DNA of 64,000 nucleotides, from contig OZ024743.1 in assembly GCA_964016885.1 (NCBI GenBank), forward strand, positions 244,652,001 through 244,716,000. Reading direction: 5' to 3'. The first letter of the stretch is position 1. The number at the start of each line of letters is the position of its first letter. Source of the stretch: Eledone cirrhosa (lineage: Eukaryota). The notes under the pieces are model-generated. The model was given only the letters and a program-made list of their open reading frames with translations, ran no database searches and was not told the DNA's origin. The position numbers were made by a program, and so were the translations under genes. Positions 62,401-64,000 of this stretch are shown here, in pieces.

Positions 62401-64000
62401 ACACCACCAGCACCACTACCGCCACTACCACCAGCAGCACTACCTCCAATACCACCAGCACCACTACCACCAGCACCACCAGCACCACTACCTCCAACAC
62501 CACCAGCACCACTACCGCCAACACCACCAGCACCACTACCTCCAACACCACCAGCACCACTACCGCCAACACCACCAGCACCACTACCACCAGCACCACT
62601 ACCGCCAATACCACCAGCACCACCAGCACCACTACCACCAGCACCACTACCGCCAACACCACCAGCACAACTACCGCCACTACCACCAGCACCACTACCT
62701 CCAACACCACCAGCACCACTACCGCCAACACCACCAGCACCACTACCGCCACTACCACCAGCACCACTACCACCAGCACCACCAGCACCAGTACCGCCAA
62801 TACCACCAGCACCACTACCGCCAATACCACCAGCACCACTACCGCCAATACCACCAGCACCACTACCGACAACACCACCAGCACCACTACCGCCAACACC
62901 ACCAGCACCACTACCGCCAATACCACCAGCACCACTACCACCAGCACCACTACCGCCAACACCACCAGCACCACTACCGCCAACACCACCAGCACCACTA
63001 CCGCCAATACCACCAGCACCACTACCACCAGCACCACCAGCACCACTACCGCCAATACCACCAGCACCACTACCGCCAATACCACCAGCACCACTACCAC
63101 CAGCACCACTACCGCCAACACCACCAGCACCACTACCGCCAATACCACCAGCACCACTACCACCAGCACCACTACCGCCAACACCACCAGCACCACTACC
63201 GCCAACACCACCAGCGCCACTACCGCCAATACCACCAGCACCACTACCACCAGCACCACTACCGCCAACACCACCAGCACCACTACCGCCACTACCACCA
63301 GCACCACTACCTCCAACACCACCAGCACCACTACCGCCAACACCACCAGCACCACTACCGCCAACACCACCAGCACCACTACCGCCAACACCACCAGCAC
63401 CACTACCGCCAATACCACCAGCACCACTACCACCAGCACCACTACCGCCAACACCACCAGCACCACTACCGCCAATACCACCAGCACCACTACCACCAGC
63501 ACCACTACCGCCAACACCACCAGCACCACTACCGCCAACACCACCAGCGCCACTACCGCCAATACCACCAGCACCACTACCACCAGCACCACTACCGCCA
63601 ACACCACCAGCACCACTACCGCCACTACCACCAGCACCACTACCTCCAACACCACCAGCACCACTACCGCCAACACCACCAGCACCACTACCGCCAACAC
63701 CACCAGCACCACTACCGCCAACACCACCAGCGCCACTACCGCCAATACCACCAGCACCACTACCACCAGCACCACTACCTCCAACACCACCAGCACCACT
63801 ACCGCCAACACCACCAGCACCACTACCGCCAACACCACCAGCACCACTACCGCCAACACCACCAGCACCACTACCGCCAATACCACCAGCACCACTACCA
63901 CCAGCACCACTACCGCCAACACCACCAGCACCACTACCGCCAACACCATCAGCACCACTACCGCCAACACCACCAGCACCACTACCGCCAATACCACCAG
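56497..64000. repeat. 24-bp minisatellite (ACCACCAGCACCACTACCGCCAAY), >300 units, runs off window
   Basis: Tandem 24-mers with some 15-bp variants; one 1-bp indel near 60550. Confidence 0.9.

Noticed and set aside
56478-63997. 1618-aa Pro-rich and Val/Leu-rich ORFs from the ORF track
   Set aside because: Translations of a stop-free minisatellite with non-ATG or arbitrary starts.

Overview
Repeat-saturated, apparently gene-free eukaryotic DNA. The (TA)n/(CA)n/(CATA)n microsatellites and SINE families suggest a cephalopod such as Octopus; this is inference. Recognisable content includes decayed non-LTR retrotransposons (RTE-like, CR1/L2-like, Tx1/L1-like, an RNase H-bearing I/Nimb-like element, and CRE-clade RLE elements, one with a PHD finger), a decayed Penelope-like element (PLE), three non-autonomous Helitrons, Tc1/mariner and hAT MITEs, tRNA-derived SINEs, ACC-rich minisatellites and a 200-N gap. 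The standout is an 8.4-kb array (31481-39879) of an exactly spaced 466-bp unit, arranged as two head-to-head inverted blocks (about 7.4 and 10.7 copies) inside a (TA)n tract. Each unit carries an intact type I hammerhead ribozyme with a palindromic stem III and folds into many hairpins on the ribozyme strand. This fits a retrozyme (self-cleaving circular RNA) recently integrated by rolling-circle reverse transcription. More than a dozen other intact or degenerate hammerheads lie in the window, several in the same outward-facing inverted arrangement and some with greatly enlarged stem II domains. All structures were folded by eye; no searches were run.
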